A stretch of 64,000 nt of DNA, taken from Saccharolobus islandicus REY15A. Lineage in GTDB: Archaea; Thermoproteota; Thermoprotei_A; Sulfolobales; Sulfolobaceae. Under the pieces are notes generated by a model. That model had not been told where the DNA came from and ran no database searches. It was given only the letters and a program-made list of their open reading frames with translations. Position 1 is the stretch's first letter. Each line of letters starts with the position of its first letter. Positions 21,956 through 33,117 of this stretch are shown piece by piece. The stretch lies in assembly GCF_000189555.1 (NCBI RefSeq), contig NC_017276.1, one strand, 5' to 3'. A program made the translations under genes and the position numbers.

Positions 21956-24261
21956 GCATATGTACTTGGTTTAACGGTAGTTTTGGGCAATTGCTGCCTA
22001 GCTTTTTCTACCCAATTTTGATAGAATTGCAGCATATCTTGCGTAACTGATGGCTTAACTTTCCTCATAGCTTCTTCGAAATGTCTCAAGGAAACCTTAA
22101 CCCCGTTAACCTTCATACACTCTTTCATAGTTTTATCTTTGCACTCAGTGTCAGTGGATTTACAACTCTCGTTGGTTTTCTCTATACATATTTTCATGCT
22201 CTCCCTTATAGCTCTCATTGTAGCTTCTCTTACCAGTGCAGCTAAATCAGCTCCGGTATAACCTTCAGTCTTTTCAGCTACATCCTCTAAGCTGATGTCC
22301 TCCCCTAACACTATGTTCCTAGTATGAACCTTTAATATTTCTATTCTTGCTCTCCTGTCTGGTGGAGGTACGTAAATTAATTTCTCAAACCTTCCTGGTC
22401 TTAATAGTGCTGGATCTAAGATATCTGGTCTATTGGTTGCAGCTATTACTACTACGTTTTCTAATTTTTCAATTCCATCCATTTCCGCTAATAGTTGATT
22501 TACTATTCTCTCCGTTACTCCAGAATCGTAAGAGATTCCTCTTATTGGAGCTATTGAATCTATTTCGTCAAAGAATATTACAGCCGGCGCGTACATTCTA
22601 GCTTTTCTAAATATTTCCCTAACTGCTTTTTCACTTTCACCTACCCATTTGGATAATATTTCTGGTCCTCTTACTGCTATGAAGTTTGCTCCGCTTTCAG
22701 TTGCAACAGCCTTTGCAAGCATCGTCTTTCCAGTTCCTGGTGGACCAAATAACAATATACCCTTAGGTGGTTCTATACCAGAATTTTGGTATAGCTCCGA
22801 GTATTTCAGAGGATATTCAACTACTTCTTTTAACTCCTCTTTTATTTCTTCGAGGCCACCTATATCTGTCCATTTAACCTCTGGAACTTCTATGTAAATT
22901 TCTCTTAAGCCACTTGGTACTATTTCTTTGAATGCGTTTATGAAATCTTCCATCTTAACTTCCATAGACTCTAATATTTCTGGAGGTATCTTATCTTGAT
23001 TCAAATCTATCTTTGGCAAGTATCTTCTTAAGGAATTCATTGCAGCTTCTCTTACTAATGCAGATAAGTCAGCACCAGTATATCCATGTGTCATATCTGC
23101 AAGCTTCTCTAGGTCAACATCTTTAGATAAAGGCATATTCCTTGTATGGATTTGTAATATTTCCAATCTTCCTTGTTTATCTGGTAACGGTATTTCTATC
23201 TCTCTATCAAATCTCCCTGGCCTTCTCAGGGCTGGATCAACAGCACTTGGTCTATTGGTTGCAGCTATTACTATTACGTTTCCTCTATTTTCAAGACCAT
23301 CCATTAGAGTGAGTAACTGTGCGACAACTCTTCTTTCTACTTCTCCTATCACTTCGTCTCTTTTCGGTGCTATTGCGTCTATTTCATCTACGAAAATAAT
23401 TGCAGGAGCATGTTTTTTAGCGTCTTCAAATATTTCCCTTAATCTTTGCTCACTCTCTCCGTAGAATTTGCTCATTATTTCCGGTCCATTAATTGAAGTA
23501 AAGTATGCATCAGTTTCATTAGCTATTGCTTTCGCTAGTAACGTCTTTCCCACTCCAGGAGGACCATATAATAATATACCCTTAGGTGGTTCTATTCCTA
23601 ATCTCTTAAATAGTTCTGGATGTCTTAAAGGCAATTCAACTAACTCTCTGACTTTTTCTATAATATTTTTCATTCCACCTATATCCTCATATGTGACTCT
23701 AGGATATCTGGAAGGTTCTACTGGCTTATCAGATATGCTTATTATCGTATCGTCATTCACTAGAACTATACCTGCTGGTTTGACTTGGACTACAGTAAAC
23801 GGTATGGCTTGCCCTAGGACAGGAATCAATACCGTATCTCCTTCAACTAGGGGGAATTCTTTTAATCGTTTCTTAACATAACTAATGAACCCTGGGTCTA
23901 CAGTAATTGAGAAGTTAGATGGTGCTAATTTTACTGTGCTAGCTGGCTTTACAACTGCTTTTCTTACTATAACCTTATCTCCAATTGAGACTCCAGCGTT
24001 TTTCCTGGTTATTCCATCCATTCTTATTATATCCTTTTCTCCAGTTGTTGTATCCTCAGGCGATAAAGGCCATGCAAGTGCAGCAGTCTTTCTGGTTCCT
24101 TCAATTTCAACAACGTCACCTGGGCTTACATCAATTTGCGATAGTAAATCAATATCAATTCGCACTTTTCCTCTTCCGACATCTTTCTGTCTAGCTTCCA
24201 TTACTCTAAGTATTAACTCCTTTCTTTGCGGTTTCTGTTCCTCACCAGAACTAGCGCTCAA
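21952..24261 (-). CDS. cdc48: CDC48/VCP AAA ATPase
   Basis: N-domain DVGRGKVR, two AAA modules ([16 protein letters not shown]), ALRRPGRFD and ALLRPGRFE. Confidence 0.97.
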   Translation of the reverse strand: MSASSGEEQKPQRKELILRVMEARQKDVGRGKVRIDIDLLSQIDVSPGDVVEIEGTRKTAALAWPLSPEDTTTGEKDIIRMDGITRKNAGVSIGDKVIVRKAVVKPASTVKLAPSNFSITVDPGFISYVKKRLKEFPLVEGDTVLIPVLGQAIPFTVVQVKPAGIVLVNDDTIISISDKPVEPSRYPRVTYEDIGGMKNIIEKVRELVELPLRHPELFKRLGIEPPKGILLYGPPGVGKTLLAKAIANETDAYFTSINGPEIMSKFYGESEQRLREIFEDAKKHAPAIIFVDEIDAIAPKRDEVIGEVERRVVAQLLTLMDGLENRGNVIVIAATNRPSAVDPALRRPGRFDREIEIPLPDKQGRLEILQIHTRNMPLSKDVDLEKLADMTHGYTGADLSALVREAAMNSLRRYLPKIDLNQDKIPPEILESMEVKMEDFINAFKEIVPSGLREIYIEVPEVKWTDIGGLEEIKEELKEVVEYPLKYSELYQNSGIEPPKGILLFGPPGTGKTMLAKAVATESGANFIAVRGPEILSKWVGESEKAVREIFRKARMYAPAVIFFDEIDSIAPIRGISYDSGVTERIVNQLLAEMDGIEKLENVVVIAATNRPDILDPALLRPGRFEKLIYVPPPDRRARIEILKVHTRNIVLGEDISLEDVAEKTEGYTGADLAALVREATMRAIRESMKICIEKTNESCKSTDTECKDKTMKECMKVNGVKVSLRHFEEAMRKVKPSVTQDMLQFYQNWVEKARQQLPKTTVKPSTYA

Positions 24262-24325
24262 TTTTTATCTCCAAAATATTTTAGCGTATAAAGGATATAT
24301 AAGAACTAACGTACCAAAGAGTTTA

Positions 24326-24601
24326 TTAGAATCCTAATCTTGTTATCCCTACTACTTCGGCATGACTAACTCCTTGTATATTATTTACTACTTCTTCTAA
24401 ATTGTCTGTCCCTCCTTCAGTCTGCTCAGGCATTTGAACATATAGAATCAATGCATTTAGGCCAAAAGCTATAGGTTCGGTTTCCTTTCTAATAATTCTA
24501 TATTCTTTAGGTAATTTATTGCTTATATCTGTGTACAAATTATCTAAATTAACTTCATCACTGTCCGGAAATACTTTAAGGACTACTAACACGTCTGTCA
24601 T
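24326..24601 (-). CDS. ef1b: Translation elongation factor aEF-1beta
   Basis: VLKVFPDSDEV, EPIAFGLNAL. Confidence 0.93.
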   Translation of the reverse strand: MTDVLVVLKVFPDSDEVNLDNLYTDISNKLPKEYRIIRKETEPIAFGLNALILYVQMPEQTEGGTDNLEEVVNNIQGVSHAEVVGITRLGF

Positions 24602-24614
24602 TTTAAGCTACCTC

Positions 24615-24812
24615 TTAAGGTCCCTTAAATCCGCAGTTCGGACAAATATATTCTACTCCTTGTTTTCTACACATGTGATCTCTTCTTATTATCACTTCAC
24701 CGCAGTTGGGACAGTAAAATTCCACTCCCTTCTCTCTTGGATGTATTATTTTCCCACAACTTGAACATATTGGTGGTTCCACTTCTTCCCTAATACTTAG
24801 CTTAACTGACAT
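24615..24812 (-). CDS. Zinc-finger protein (DUF1610/HVO_2753 family)
   Basis: CSSCG...FYCPNCG...CRK...YICPNCGFKGP; usual position upstream of aEF-1beta. Confidence 0.85.
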   Translation of the reverse strand: MSVKLSIREEVEPPICSSCGKIIHPREKGVEFYCPNCGEVIIRRDHMCRKQGVEYICPNCGFKGP

Positions 24813-24879
24813 ATCTATCTTCCCCTTTATTTAACCTCAATAAAAGTTTAAAAGTGTTTGTTGTTTTCCTAGTTACATT

Positions 24880-25242
24880 ATGGTTAAGATGGTTATTGTT
24901 GTAAGAAGTGATATTAAAATGGGTAAAGGTAAGATGGCTGCTCAGGTTGCACACGCTGCCGTAACTTTAGTAATAAGTATTATTAATTCTAATAACTCAC
25001 GTTGGAAGGAGTGGTTAAATGAGTGGTTACAGCAAGGACAACCAAAAATAGTCGTCAAGGCAAACTCATTAGATGAAATTATTTTACGATCTAAAAAGGC
25101 TGAAACAATGAACTTACCTTTCTCCATTATTGAAGATGCAGGAAAGACCCAATTAGAGCCTGGAACCATAACTTGTCTAGGTATTGGACCAGCTCCAGAG
25201 AATTTGATAGATCCTATCACGGGTGATCTAAAATTACTGTGA
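24880..25242 (+). CDS. pth2: Peptidyl-tRNA hydrolase Pth2
   Basis: VVRSDIKMGKGKMAAQVAHAA, QPKIV, DAGKTQ, GIGP. Confidence 0.96.
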   Translation: MVKMVIVVRSDIKMGKGKMAAQVAHAAVTLVISIINSNNSRWKEWLNEWLQQGQPKIVVKANSLDEIILRSKKAETMNLPFSIIEDAGKTQLEPGTITCLGIGPAPENLIDPITGDLKLL

Positions 25243-26372
25243 TCCCTCATGAAATAGACATTGCGTTAGGTATGGAAAGATATTACTATGAAGATTGGAA
25301 CGAGATAGACGGAACAATCGAAAGACCAAATGGATTTAAAGTTGTAGAAGAGATTGACTTTAAGCCAGCTCACGAGTGGAAAGGTGAGGAAAAAGGTAAA
25401 TATGCAGTTTACTTGCTCACAAAATGGGGAATAGATCATTTTTCCGTTTTATCTGAAATTCAGAAAGTACTACATTCGAAAGTGAATTATATGGGTATTA
25501 AGGATGCTAGCGCCATAACCTCTCAGTTAGTGTATATAACGTTAACCAAAAAACAAGAATTGATTAATGAGTATAAATCTAATAGTTTTATTCTAAAGTT
25601 TCTTGGATATTCTTCAATGAAGTTTAATCATACCGGGAATATATTTGAAATATCTTTGTCAACGTCAAATTTCGATTTAGTCGTAGAAAGAGTGAGACAA
25701 ATTGAGAAAAATCCATATCTCCCCGCTTTTATAGGTTATCAACGTTTTGGTACTCGTAGGCCTGTCACACATTTAATAGGTAAATATCTATTGAAAAGAG
25801 ACTGGGAAAAAGCATTCTATTTGATTTTGACGTATCCTTTTCTTTCTGAATCAAAAGAGATTATTGAAATTAGAAAGCTAATAATAAAAGGTGATTTTAA
25901 TGAAGCAGTTAGATTGATTCCGTCTAAGTTTAAACAAGAGAAACTATTATTGAAAAACTACATGAAATTTAATTCTTATTACCTAGCTCTTAAAAATAGT
26001 TTCATTCCAATCTCGTTATATTTAGATGCATATCAAAGTTATTTATTTAACATGTATTTATCCAGAAGGTTAGACAAGTATAAGAACTCAGATGATAAGG
26101 ATAATTTATTTATAAGAATTCCTATCTATTTTAATGACTGTGATGATATTTGCAAGGAGATTTATCTGAATGAAGAAATAGAAAAGAATTTTTTTAAATT
26201 ACCAGAATTTAAAATTTCACTAAAAAGCCTCAATAGAAAGGCATTTATGAATATAAGAAATTTAAAAATTAACGAGGAAACAAGAACAATATCTTTTGTA
26301 TTAGATAGGGGGATGTACGCTACAGTATTACTTAGGGAAATTTTAAGAGGAGATCCAAGAAAATTCACTTAA
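25239..26372 (+). CDS. truD: tRNA pseudouridine(13) synthase TruD/Pus7
   Basis: GIKDASAITSQ (catalytic Asp), GYQRFG, AYQSYLFN, GMYATVLLREI. Confidence 0.9.
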   Translation: MIPHEIDIALGMERYYYEDWNEIDGTIERPNGFKVVEEIDFKPAHEWKGEEKGKYAVYLLTKWGIDHFSVLSEIQKVLHSKVNYMGIKDASAITSQLVYITLTKKQELINEYKSNSFILKFLGYSSMKFNHTGNIFEISLSTSNFDLVVERVRQIEKNPYLPAFIGYQRFGTRRPVTHLIGKYLLKRDWEKAFYLILTYPFLSESKEIIEIRKLIIKGDFNEAVRLIPSKFKQEKLLLKNYMKFNSYYLALKNSFIPISLYLDAYQSYLFNMYLSRRLDKYKNSDDKDNLFIRIPIYFNDCDDICKEIYLNEEIEKNFFKLPEFKISLKSLNRKAFMNIRNLKINEETRTISFVLDRGMYATVLLREILRGDPRKFT

Positions 26373-26375
26373 CTT

Positions 26376-27665
26376 TTATGGTGTTAGTCTCTTCTTATCT
26401 CTAGGGAATGGTACTACTTCCTTTACGCTCTGAAGTCCAGTTAACATTAACATTACTCTTGCTAATCCCATGCCAAAACCAGCGTGTGGTGGCATCCCAT
26501 AATCAAACCATTTTAGGAAGAACTCAAAACTTTCTGGATTTAATCCTCTTACTTTAAGTGAATTCTCTAGGACTTCTTTCACATGATTTCTCGAACTTCC
26601 AGAAACAATCTCCAACCATCTGAAAATTAAATCGAAGCTTTCACTCAGCTGCGGATTGTCCTTTTTCTGCTTTGTATAAAATGGTCTACTTAGCCAAGGC
26701 CAATCAGTTACGAAGTAAAGATCTTCTTTTAATTCACTATATAATACTCTCAGTTCAGGTGTTCCTATATCATCGCCAAATTTAATATTTACGCCCTTAC
26801 TTTTCAGAATCTCTATTGCCTCTGAATAGGAAATTTTCTTCATAGGTATTTTAACATCTGGTGGAGTATAATTTAAAATTTTTAATTCATTTTCACATTC
26901 TCTCCTTACATCATTTATCATGTTATAGATTATTTGTTCGATTAGAGCCATTATATCGTTATAATCTGCAAAGGCCATTTCTACATCCATACTAATGAAC
27001 TCTGAGAGATGATACGGTGTATCTGACTCTTCTGCTCTCCATGCAGGAGCTATCTCAAATACTCTTTCTATAGCACCAGCTAATAATTCTTTGTATAATT
27101 GTGGGCTCTGAGCTAGAAATGCTTCTTTTCCAAAGTATAATACTGGAAATAATTGGGCTCCTCCCTCTGTCGCACTAGCAATTATTTTTGGAGTAAAGAC
27201 TTCTACAAATCCGTATTTATATAATGTTTCCCTAAACGATTTTACCGCTACTGACTGGATTTTCAATACTGCTTGCATTTCCAATCTTCTTAAATCTAGT
27301 AATCTTTCTCTAAGTCTAGTATCTATATCAGCTTTAACCTTGCCCGTTACGTCTAACGGCAATGGAGACTTCGCATATGAGAGTATTTCTACGTCTTTTG
27401 CGTGTACTTCAATACCATTAGGAGCTCTCGGATCAGCCTTCACTATGCCATTTACAACTAGCGTTGATTCTAATCCTATATTCATGATTTTATCATAAGC
27501 ACTATTACCTTTCTCAACTACTATCTGTCCTATTCCACTCTTATCTCTTAATAAAATAAATACCTTTCCACCTAGATTCCTTATATTATGAACCCATCCA
27601 GCTACTTTTACTTCTGCTCCATCTAATTTAGGATTTAATTCTGAAACTAGATGTGTCCTAAACAA
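26376..27665 (-). CDS. aspS: Aspartyl-tRNA synthetase, archaeal, non-discriminating type
   Basis: [27 protein letters not shown]. His in GWVH and Pro in ADPRAP match the non-discriminating AspRS signature. Confidence 0.95.
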   Translation of the reverse strand: MFRTHLVSELNPKLDGAEVKVAGWVHNIRNLGGKVFILLRDKSGIGQIVVEKGNSAYDKIMNIGLESTLVVNGIVKADPRAPNGIEVHAKDVEILSYAKSPLPLDVTGKVKADIDTRLRERLLDLRRLEMQAVLKIQSVAVKSFRETLYKYGFVEVFTPKIIASATEGGAQLFPVLYFGKEAFLAQSPQLYKELLAGAIERVFEIAPAWRAEESDTPYHLSEFISMDVEMAFADYNDIMALIEQIIYNMINDVRRECENELKILNYTPPDVKIPMKKISYSEAIEILKSKGVNIKFGDDIGTPELRVLYSELKEDLYFVTDWPWLSRPFYTKQKKDNPQLSESFDLIFRWLEIVSGSSRNHVKEVLENSLKVRGLNPESFEFFLKWFDYGMPPHAGFGMGLARVMLMLTGLQSVKEVVPFPRDKKRLTP

Positions 27666-27666
27666 C

Positions 27667-28179
27667 TTACTCGACCCTTATTCTTACTGGCGTTGAATGT
27701 ATTTTAGTTAATGCTGACTCTAAAAGTTGTGCTTCAGCTGGTAATAATCTTCTTTCTGATCTAGACACACGAATTACATATTGCACAGAACCATCCGGCA
27801 TCCATACAGTATTTACACCAAGTACTCTAGCAGGCGAGAGTAATTGTACCGCACTATTCTTTATGCTATTAGTTTTTTCTAAGACTCTAACTTTCATGTT
27901 CAATTTATCTTGCAAGATTCTTGCTATTTTGATCCACTTCTGTTGAGTCATCTCGGGTCCACTTGTAACTAATAATATTAGTAGATCGTCCACTTTGTAG
28001 GCCTTATGATATATGGAATCCTTAAGCTCTTTGAACTGCGTTTCCTCTAAATCTAATAGTACTTTTATTATTTCAACTTCATATTCAAATACCTCACCAC
28101 TATCTATAAGAGACTGGCATCTATTGCACAGAAGTCCACTTCTAACGCAAACATAATCTAGGGGGATCTTCATCTTCAT
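27667..28179 (-). CDS. Crenarchaeal NusA paralog (KH domains, N-terminal Cys motif)
   Basis: [42 protein letters not shown]. Confidence 0.75.
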   Translation of the reverse strand: MKMKIPLDYVCVRSGLLCNRCQSLIDSGEVFEYEVEIIKVLLDLEETQFKELKDSIYHKAYKVDDLLILLVTSGPEMTQQKWIKIARILQDKLNMKVRVLEKTNSIKNSAVQLLSPARVLGVNTVWMPDGSVQYVIRVSRSERRLLPAEAQLLESALTKIHSTPVRIRVE

Positions 28180-28241
28180 TCACTCCGTTTACCGCAATAC
28201 TTATGAATGCGAGATAAAATAATTATAGCCGGGATAAATAA

Positions 28242-28412
28242 ATGCCGCTAACCGATCCCGCGAAATTACAGATAGTGCAACAAAGGGTATTTTTGAAAAA
28301 GGTATGCAGAAAATGCGGAGCTCTTAATCCTATAAGGGCAACCAAATGTAGGCGATGTCATAGTACAAACTTAAGATTGAAGAAGAAGGAATTACCAACT
28401 AAGAAAGGCTAA
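28242..28412 (+). CDS. rpl40e: 50S ribosomal protein eL40
   Basis: Below the track cutoff. [56 protein letters not shown]. Confidence 0.96.
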   Translation: MPLTDPAKLQIVQQRVFLKKVCRKCGALNPIRATKCRRCHSTNLRLKKKELPTKKG

Positions 28413-28427
28413 CATTTTTTTACTTAA

Positions 28428-28988
28428 CTAAATTTTTATTCCAATTGCTGATAAACGTTCCTTTATACTTTCACTATTTTCCTCAAATGCGTTCACATGC
28501 GTTTTCAAATATTCCTTATCGATACTGATCTTACCTTCTCCAAGTAAGTACACTAGTGTTTTTAGTTCATCTTCGTCTTCCTCTCTAAACGCGTTGGCTT
28601 TGAGCAAAATGTAATCTTCTAATCTTATGCTTTTAAACTCATAAGCTCCTATTTTTATATTAACTGCACTATCTAGAATTTCTTTAGGAACAAAGAAATC
28701 TTGTATATTTTCATACAAATCTACTTGGAGTTGGTCATCATCAACTGGAGCTAATAATCTTGGAGTATCAATTGGCGTTCTACCATAATCCCATCCTCTC
28801 TCATATGCGAAGTTTCTGATTTTATCGTCATCTACTAAGACGCTTATATCTAGAGCAAACAAGTCCACATCACTCTCAGTTCCTTTTCTCTTTAGAGAAA
28901 TATCGACTATTGTATCTCCAATTATTATGAATTTTGTAAGATCTTGTAATTCATGAAGAACTTCTCCTACCTTGCTAAAAGGTATCAA
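28428..28988 (-). CDS. Nucleotidyltransferase-fold protein (DUF2204-like)
   Basis: IIIGD...TESDVDLF Pol-beta-type motif, LEDYILLK...REEDEDE. TTG start with GGTG upstream. Confidence 0.7.
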   Translation of the reverse strand: MIPFSKVGEVLHELQDLTKFIIIGDTIVDISLKRKGTESDVDLFALDISVLVDDDKIRNFAYERGWDYGRTPIDTPRLLAPVDDDQLQVDLYENIQDFFVPKEILDSAVNIKIGAYEFKSIRLEDYILLKANAFREEDEDELKTLVYLLGEGKISIDKEYLKTHVNAFEENSESIKERLSAIGIKI

Positions 28989-29039
28989 GCATATGCACCC
29001 ATATAGTTTTTAAGTAGCTTTTAATAAGTTATTATTGTT

Positions 29040-29153
29040 GCCGGGGTGGCCGAGCGGTCTAAGGCGGCACTACCAGCCCATCGGTAGCGCTAGGGGCCGC
29101 AGTGGTATTAGTTGACACCCGTTATTTCGCGGGTTCAAATCCCGCCCCCGGCT
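29040..29153 (+). tRNA. tRNA-Cys(GCA) with two introns (29069-29093 at position 28/29; 29103-29116 at 37/38)
   Basis: Acceptor GCCGGGG/CCCCGGC plus U73; T arm GCGGG-TTCAAAT-CCCGC. The spliced anticodon arm is GCGGG-CC-GCA-GA-CCCGT. Intron 1 forms a clear BHB motif (GGCG/CGCT; CTACC/GGTAG). Confidence 0.85.
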
Positions 29154-29193
29154 TTTAGAAGATTTAAAAAGTAGTCTTAATTATAATGTTAGT

Positions 29194-30825
29194 ATGAGTC
29201 AGCCCAAAAGGAAAGAGGAGACTGTAGGCGTAGAAATGAAAGGTGAGGAAGCACTTGCATATGTTCTTAATGACATTGGGATAACCAAAGTGTTTTCGAC
29301 TTACTTCCTACCGAATATGGTTAAGGAAATGCTAAAGAAGTATAATATTGAAGTAGAATTTTCTATGGCAGTAAAAGACGCAAGTTGGTTGGCATACGCT
29401 TATGCAATGGAAAATAACTCAGTCGGAACTATAATTCAGATACCTGGTTCTAAGCTAACTGATGCGGTAAATGTCATAGCTCAAGCATATATGGAATCGG
29501 TTCCTCTTCTTATTATATCTAGCGTAAGATCACATAAGGATACGGGAAGGGCTAGAATTGGCGAATTTAGAACGATTGATGACTTATCAAATATTTTATC
29601 TCCAATAACCAAGACAAAAGAAAGAGTTATCAGTATAGAAGAAATAACTGTTACAATAGAGAAAGCCTACAAGGAAGCGGTTAGTAATAGACCAAGGCCT
29701 TCTTATGTTGAAATATCTGAAGACTTATTTAGGGCAAAAGCTTATCCGTTATCCACTGCGGGTCAAAAGCCCGAGAAGAGGACTCCAGATAAAAATACTG
29801 TGGCTAAAGTGGCTGAACTTCTGACTAATGCTAAATTACCAGTTATAATCGCGGGATATGGGATAGTTTTAAGCGATGCAGAAGACATGTTAGTTGAATT
29901 GGCTGAGTTATTAGATTCACCGGTGGTTACTACATTTAAGGCGAAAGGTTCAATACCATCTAACCATAAATTATTTGCTGGAGAAGGATTAGGCGCCTTT
30001 GGTACTGATGCTGCAAATTATTTGATAGAGAATGCCGACGTAATATTAGCTTTAGGCACTAGGTTTACTCAGTTAAGTACGGCTGGCTGGTCATTAAAGT
30101 ACAAGGGCATATTAGCACATAATAATGTTGATGGTGAAGACATAGGCAAGGTCTTCATGCCTCATGTTCCAGTAGTAGCTGATACTGGGCTATTCTTAAG
30201 GGAGCTCTTAACACAATTGAAAGCTAAGATAAAGGAGAAAGTAAATAGAGGAGCTAGTGACATTATTTATAAGAATCAGCGTGAAGTACATTCAGTTAAA
30301 TCTCATAGCGGATTATGGCCAATTGACGTAGTGAAAATGCTAAGCACAGTAGGTGGTTTTGAGAAAGTGTATGTAGATATGTCAGCTACTACAATAGATT
30401 TCGTTAGATTACCAATAAACGCTAAGAAGAGCTGGTATACTGCAGAATCTTTGCTTGAGAGGGGTATTGCAGTGGGTGGTGCTATAGCTTCTAAATACGT
30501 TGCATATGGAATTACTGACCTAGAAGGAATATTACCATATTTGTCATTACTAGAATACAAAGTGGATAAGATTAAGGGAAAAATAATTGTGTTAAACGAT
30601 GGTGGTGCAAATTATATTGAAGTTTCAAGCTCTGATTTACCGACCATTACTAGATCACAAACTAGTATCAACGTTAATTTCAATGAGATTGTAAAAAGAA
30701 CCCTAGGTGGTGTAACTGTTGAAACGCTAACTGAGTTAGAGGAGGCTTTAAAATCTGCAGATAAGAAAATCGTAAATGTAAAGATAGATCCTAATTTCGA
30801 GTCAGTTGTAGTTTCAAGAATTTAA
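29194..30825 (+). CDS. Thiamine-diphosphate enzyme family protein (acetolactate synthase large subunit-like, divergent motifs)
   Basis: PYR domain (AQAYMESVPLLIIS), middle domain (PVIIAGYG, ADVILALGTRF), degenerate GDG..N motif (TDLEG...LND). Confidence 0.8.
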   Translation: MSQPKRKEETVGVEMKGEEALAYVLNDIGITKVFSTYFLPNMVKEMLKKYNIEVEFSMAVKDASWLAYAYAMENNSVGTIIQIPGSKLTDAVNVIAQAYMESVPLLIISSVRSHKDTGRARIGEFRTIDDLSNILSPITKTKERVISIEEITVTIEKAYKEAVSNRPRPSYVEISEDLFRAKAYPLSTAGQKPEKRTPDKNTVAKVAELLTNAKLPVIIAGYGIVLSDAEDMLVELAELLDSPVVTTFKAKGSIPSNHKLFAGEGLGAFGTDAANYLIENADVILALGTRFTQLSTAGWSLKYKGILAHNNVDGEDIGKVFMPHVPVVADTGLFLRELLTQLKAKIKEKVNRGASDIIYKNQREVHSVKSHSGLWPIDVVKMLSTVGGFEKVYVDMSATTIDFVRLPINAKKSWYTAESLLERGIAVGGAIASKYVAYGITDLEGILPYLSLLEYKVDKIKGKIIVLNDGGANYIEVSSSDLPTITRSQTSINVNFNEIVKRTLGGVTVETLTELEEALKSADKKIVNVKIDPNFESVVVSRI

Positions 30826-30887
30826 TATAAAGGTAAAGTACTTATTAAGACTAAAATTTTATTTTGTCTTATTCTGAAGTTTAAAAT

Positions 30888-31442
30888 ATGAACGATAAGT
30901 CTTCAGATCAAATTTCAGTTAAGAAGGCCTTAGTTTATGCAGCAGTTTTCTCAGTGGCATCATATGTTGTTGCTGCGGGATTAGCACTATCTACTAGTCT
31001 TTTTGCTGTAAATATATTTGCGGATCCAATATTGAATCTCACTGTTCCTCTAATACTTCTTTCCATTGGCATACAAGTTATTAATAGAAAGTTAGGTCCT
31101 ATTTTTATAGGGTTAATTAACGCTGGATTGTATGCAATTAGCTTCTTACCATTTATTGCAATACCTTTAACTATTATAGCACTAATTGTAGAGGGCATAA
31201 CAAGAGTCATGGGATATAGGTCTTTGAAGGCAGTAATAACTTATACTACAATTGCGGGAGGTCTAGAGGGGATATTAAGTACTTTACTTGCTCTTTACAT
31301 GGTGAAAGTCCCTGCACCTATAATAACTTCATTATATATCTGGACTGGAGTATCAGTTGGAATGTTTGCCGAAAGTGCATTAATGGGATTGATATCTTTC
31401 TATATTGTCTCATATTTAATCAGAGCAGGGGTTATCAAATGA
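30888..31442 (+). CDS. ECF transporter substrate-binding (S) component, MptD/Trep_Strep-like
   Basis: About six TM helices, KLGPIFIGLI and GYRS motifs; first gene of an S-T-AA operon. Confidence 0.6.
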   Translation: MNDKSSDQISVKKALVYAAVFSVASYVVAAGLALSTSLFAVNIFADPILNLTVPLILLSIGIQVINRKLGPIFIGLINAGLYAISFLPFIAIPLTIIALIVEGITRVMGYRSLKAVITYTTIAGGLEGILSTLLALYMVKVPAPIITSLYIWTGVSVGMFAESALMGLISFYIVSYLIRAGVIK

Positions 31443-32020
31443 AGGTAAAGTTTCTTTATATTTTAGTTTTTTCAGTCCTAATCTATGCAAATAGTATATT
31501 TTTTAATTCTGTCATACCATTTCTAGTTACATCGACCGTATTATATAGAAGAAAATGGATTATTGTAATAGAGGCTATAATTGGTATTCTATCTTATCTT
31601 ATATTGGGTTTTCTTGGGAAAATTTTCATTTATGAGTATACGCTTAGAGCTTTCTCAATTGTTAACGTTTTCCTAATTTCAAGCGACTATACTGATAAGT
31701 CTTCAATAATTGACTTACTTGGTTCTAAGGGGGTTCCTCTTGTAATCGCTCTTACATATTATCCTAGGTTTTATGATTTAATGCAAAACGTTGCATTTTA
31801 TGCAAGAATTCGAAAAATAAATTTATTAGATCTTAAAAGATTATTAGTTCCAATAATAGTAGAAACCGTGAAAGTAGCTGATAATTTATATGTTGCATAT
31901 ACTGTTAAGTTGTTCGGTAAGTATAATTATAAGAGAAATTTAAAACCTTCAAGGGGAGATTTAATACTTCTACTTATAGGTGTAGCCGCATTATGCTTAT
32001 CAGTAGTCCTAAATATTTAA
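31439..32020 (+). CDS. ECF transporter transmembrane (T) component, CbiQ-like
   Basis: TM N-terminus, coupling helices (ALTYYPRF...ARIR; [18 protein letters not shown]); ATGA overlap. Confidence 0.6.
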   Translation: MKVKFLYILVFSVLIYANSIFFNSVIPFLVTSTVLYRRKWIIVIEAIIGILSYLILGFLGKIFIYEYTLRAFSIVNVFLISSDYTDKSSIIDLLGSKGVPLVIALTYYPRFYDLMQNVAFYARIRKINLLDLKRLLVPIIVETVKVADNLYVAYTVKLFGKYNYKRNLKPSRGDLILLLIGVAALCLSVVLNI

Positions 32021-33117
32021 ACGGAAAGATAGAGATTGAAAAAGGAGAAAGAGTAGGTTTAGTAGGTAAGAACGGAAGCGGAAAAACTACATTAATATTA
32101 TCCACATTATGCATAGATCAGACTACCTTTAATAACGTTATAGTTGATGATATGGACTTCTGCAAAGAGAAGGATTATTCAAGAATCTCAGCAGTTTTAC
32201 AAGACGTTTCTTCTCAAATATTGGCTTCAACATGCAAGGATGAAATCGAGTTAATGAAAAGATTCCATAGGGTAGATGATAAAATAGCTAGAAAGTTAAT
32301 GGGTAATTACTATGAGGGCGAGTTCAATAAATTGTCGGACGGATATAAAAAGAGGTACGCTATCGCTTCAGTTTTAGCTTCAAATCCCGAATATATCTTA
32401 CTGGACGAGCCATTTGCAAACTTAGATGATGAAGGAGTAAGGTTGGTTAGTGAAATAATTCCTAAAAACAGTTTGATTGCTGAACATCGTATTGACGAAT
32501 TGCGCAAATTAGTAGATAGGGTCTACATGATTAAGAATAATACGGAAATAAATGAAATATCCAAGGAAAAACTTTTCGATACGGAATTCTTGAGGAAAGA
32601 AGGATTAAGAGGATTTAGTTTACCTAAGATTAACAGTGAATTGGGTAATGAAATATTTAATGTAAATGTTGATAATTATACGATAAAAATAAGAGAAAGG
32701 GAAATTTTGTGTTTATTAGGCAGAAACGGAAGTGGTAAAACTACTATTCTCAGAAAACTATTTAGGAAAATCTTCGTAATTTTTCAAGAAGTAGACTTAC
32801 AATTCTTTGATTTTACCGTAAAGGAGATTGTAGGAAGTAAATATGCTTTATCTTTATTTAAGTTAGAAAGTTTGGCAGATAGAAGTCCCTATGCTCTAAG
32901 TTTCGGTCAAAAAATGAGGGTTCTGATAGCATCAGCCTTTTCTTCAGACTCTAAAGTAATAGGCTTAGATGAGCCTAGTATAGGAATGGATGGAGAAGCA
33001 TTACTTTCGTTTTACGAAATGGTGAAAGTTCTTAAGGAGCAAAGACGAGGCTTAATTCTCGCTACGCATGATAAAGATATAATGAATCTATGTGACACAC
33101 GCATAGTTATAGATTAA
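31993..33117 (+). CDS. Fused double ABC ATPase (ECF A-A')
   Basis: Walker A GKNGSGKT and GRNGSGKT, signatures LSDGYKKR and [19 protein letters not shown]-loops. Confidence 0.9.
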   Translation: MLISSPKYLNGKIEIEKGERVGLVGKNGSGKTTLILSTLCIDQTTFNNVIVDDMDFCKEKDYSRISAVLQDVSSQILASTCKDEIELMKRFHRVDDKIARKLMGNYYEGEFNKLSDGYKKRYAIASVLASNPEYILLDEPFANLDDEGVRLVSEIIPKNSLIAEHRIDELRKLVDRVYMIKNNTEINEISKEKLFDTEFLRKEGLRGFSLPKINSELGNEIFNVNVDNYTIKIREREILCLLGRNGSGKTTILRKLFRKIFVIFQEVDLQFFDFTVKEIVGSKYALSLFKLESLADRSPYALSFGQKMRVLIASAFSSDSKVIGLDEPSIGMDGEALLSFYEMVKVLKEQRRGLILATHDKDIMNLCDTRIVID

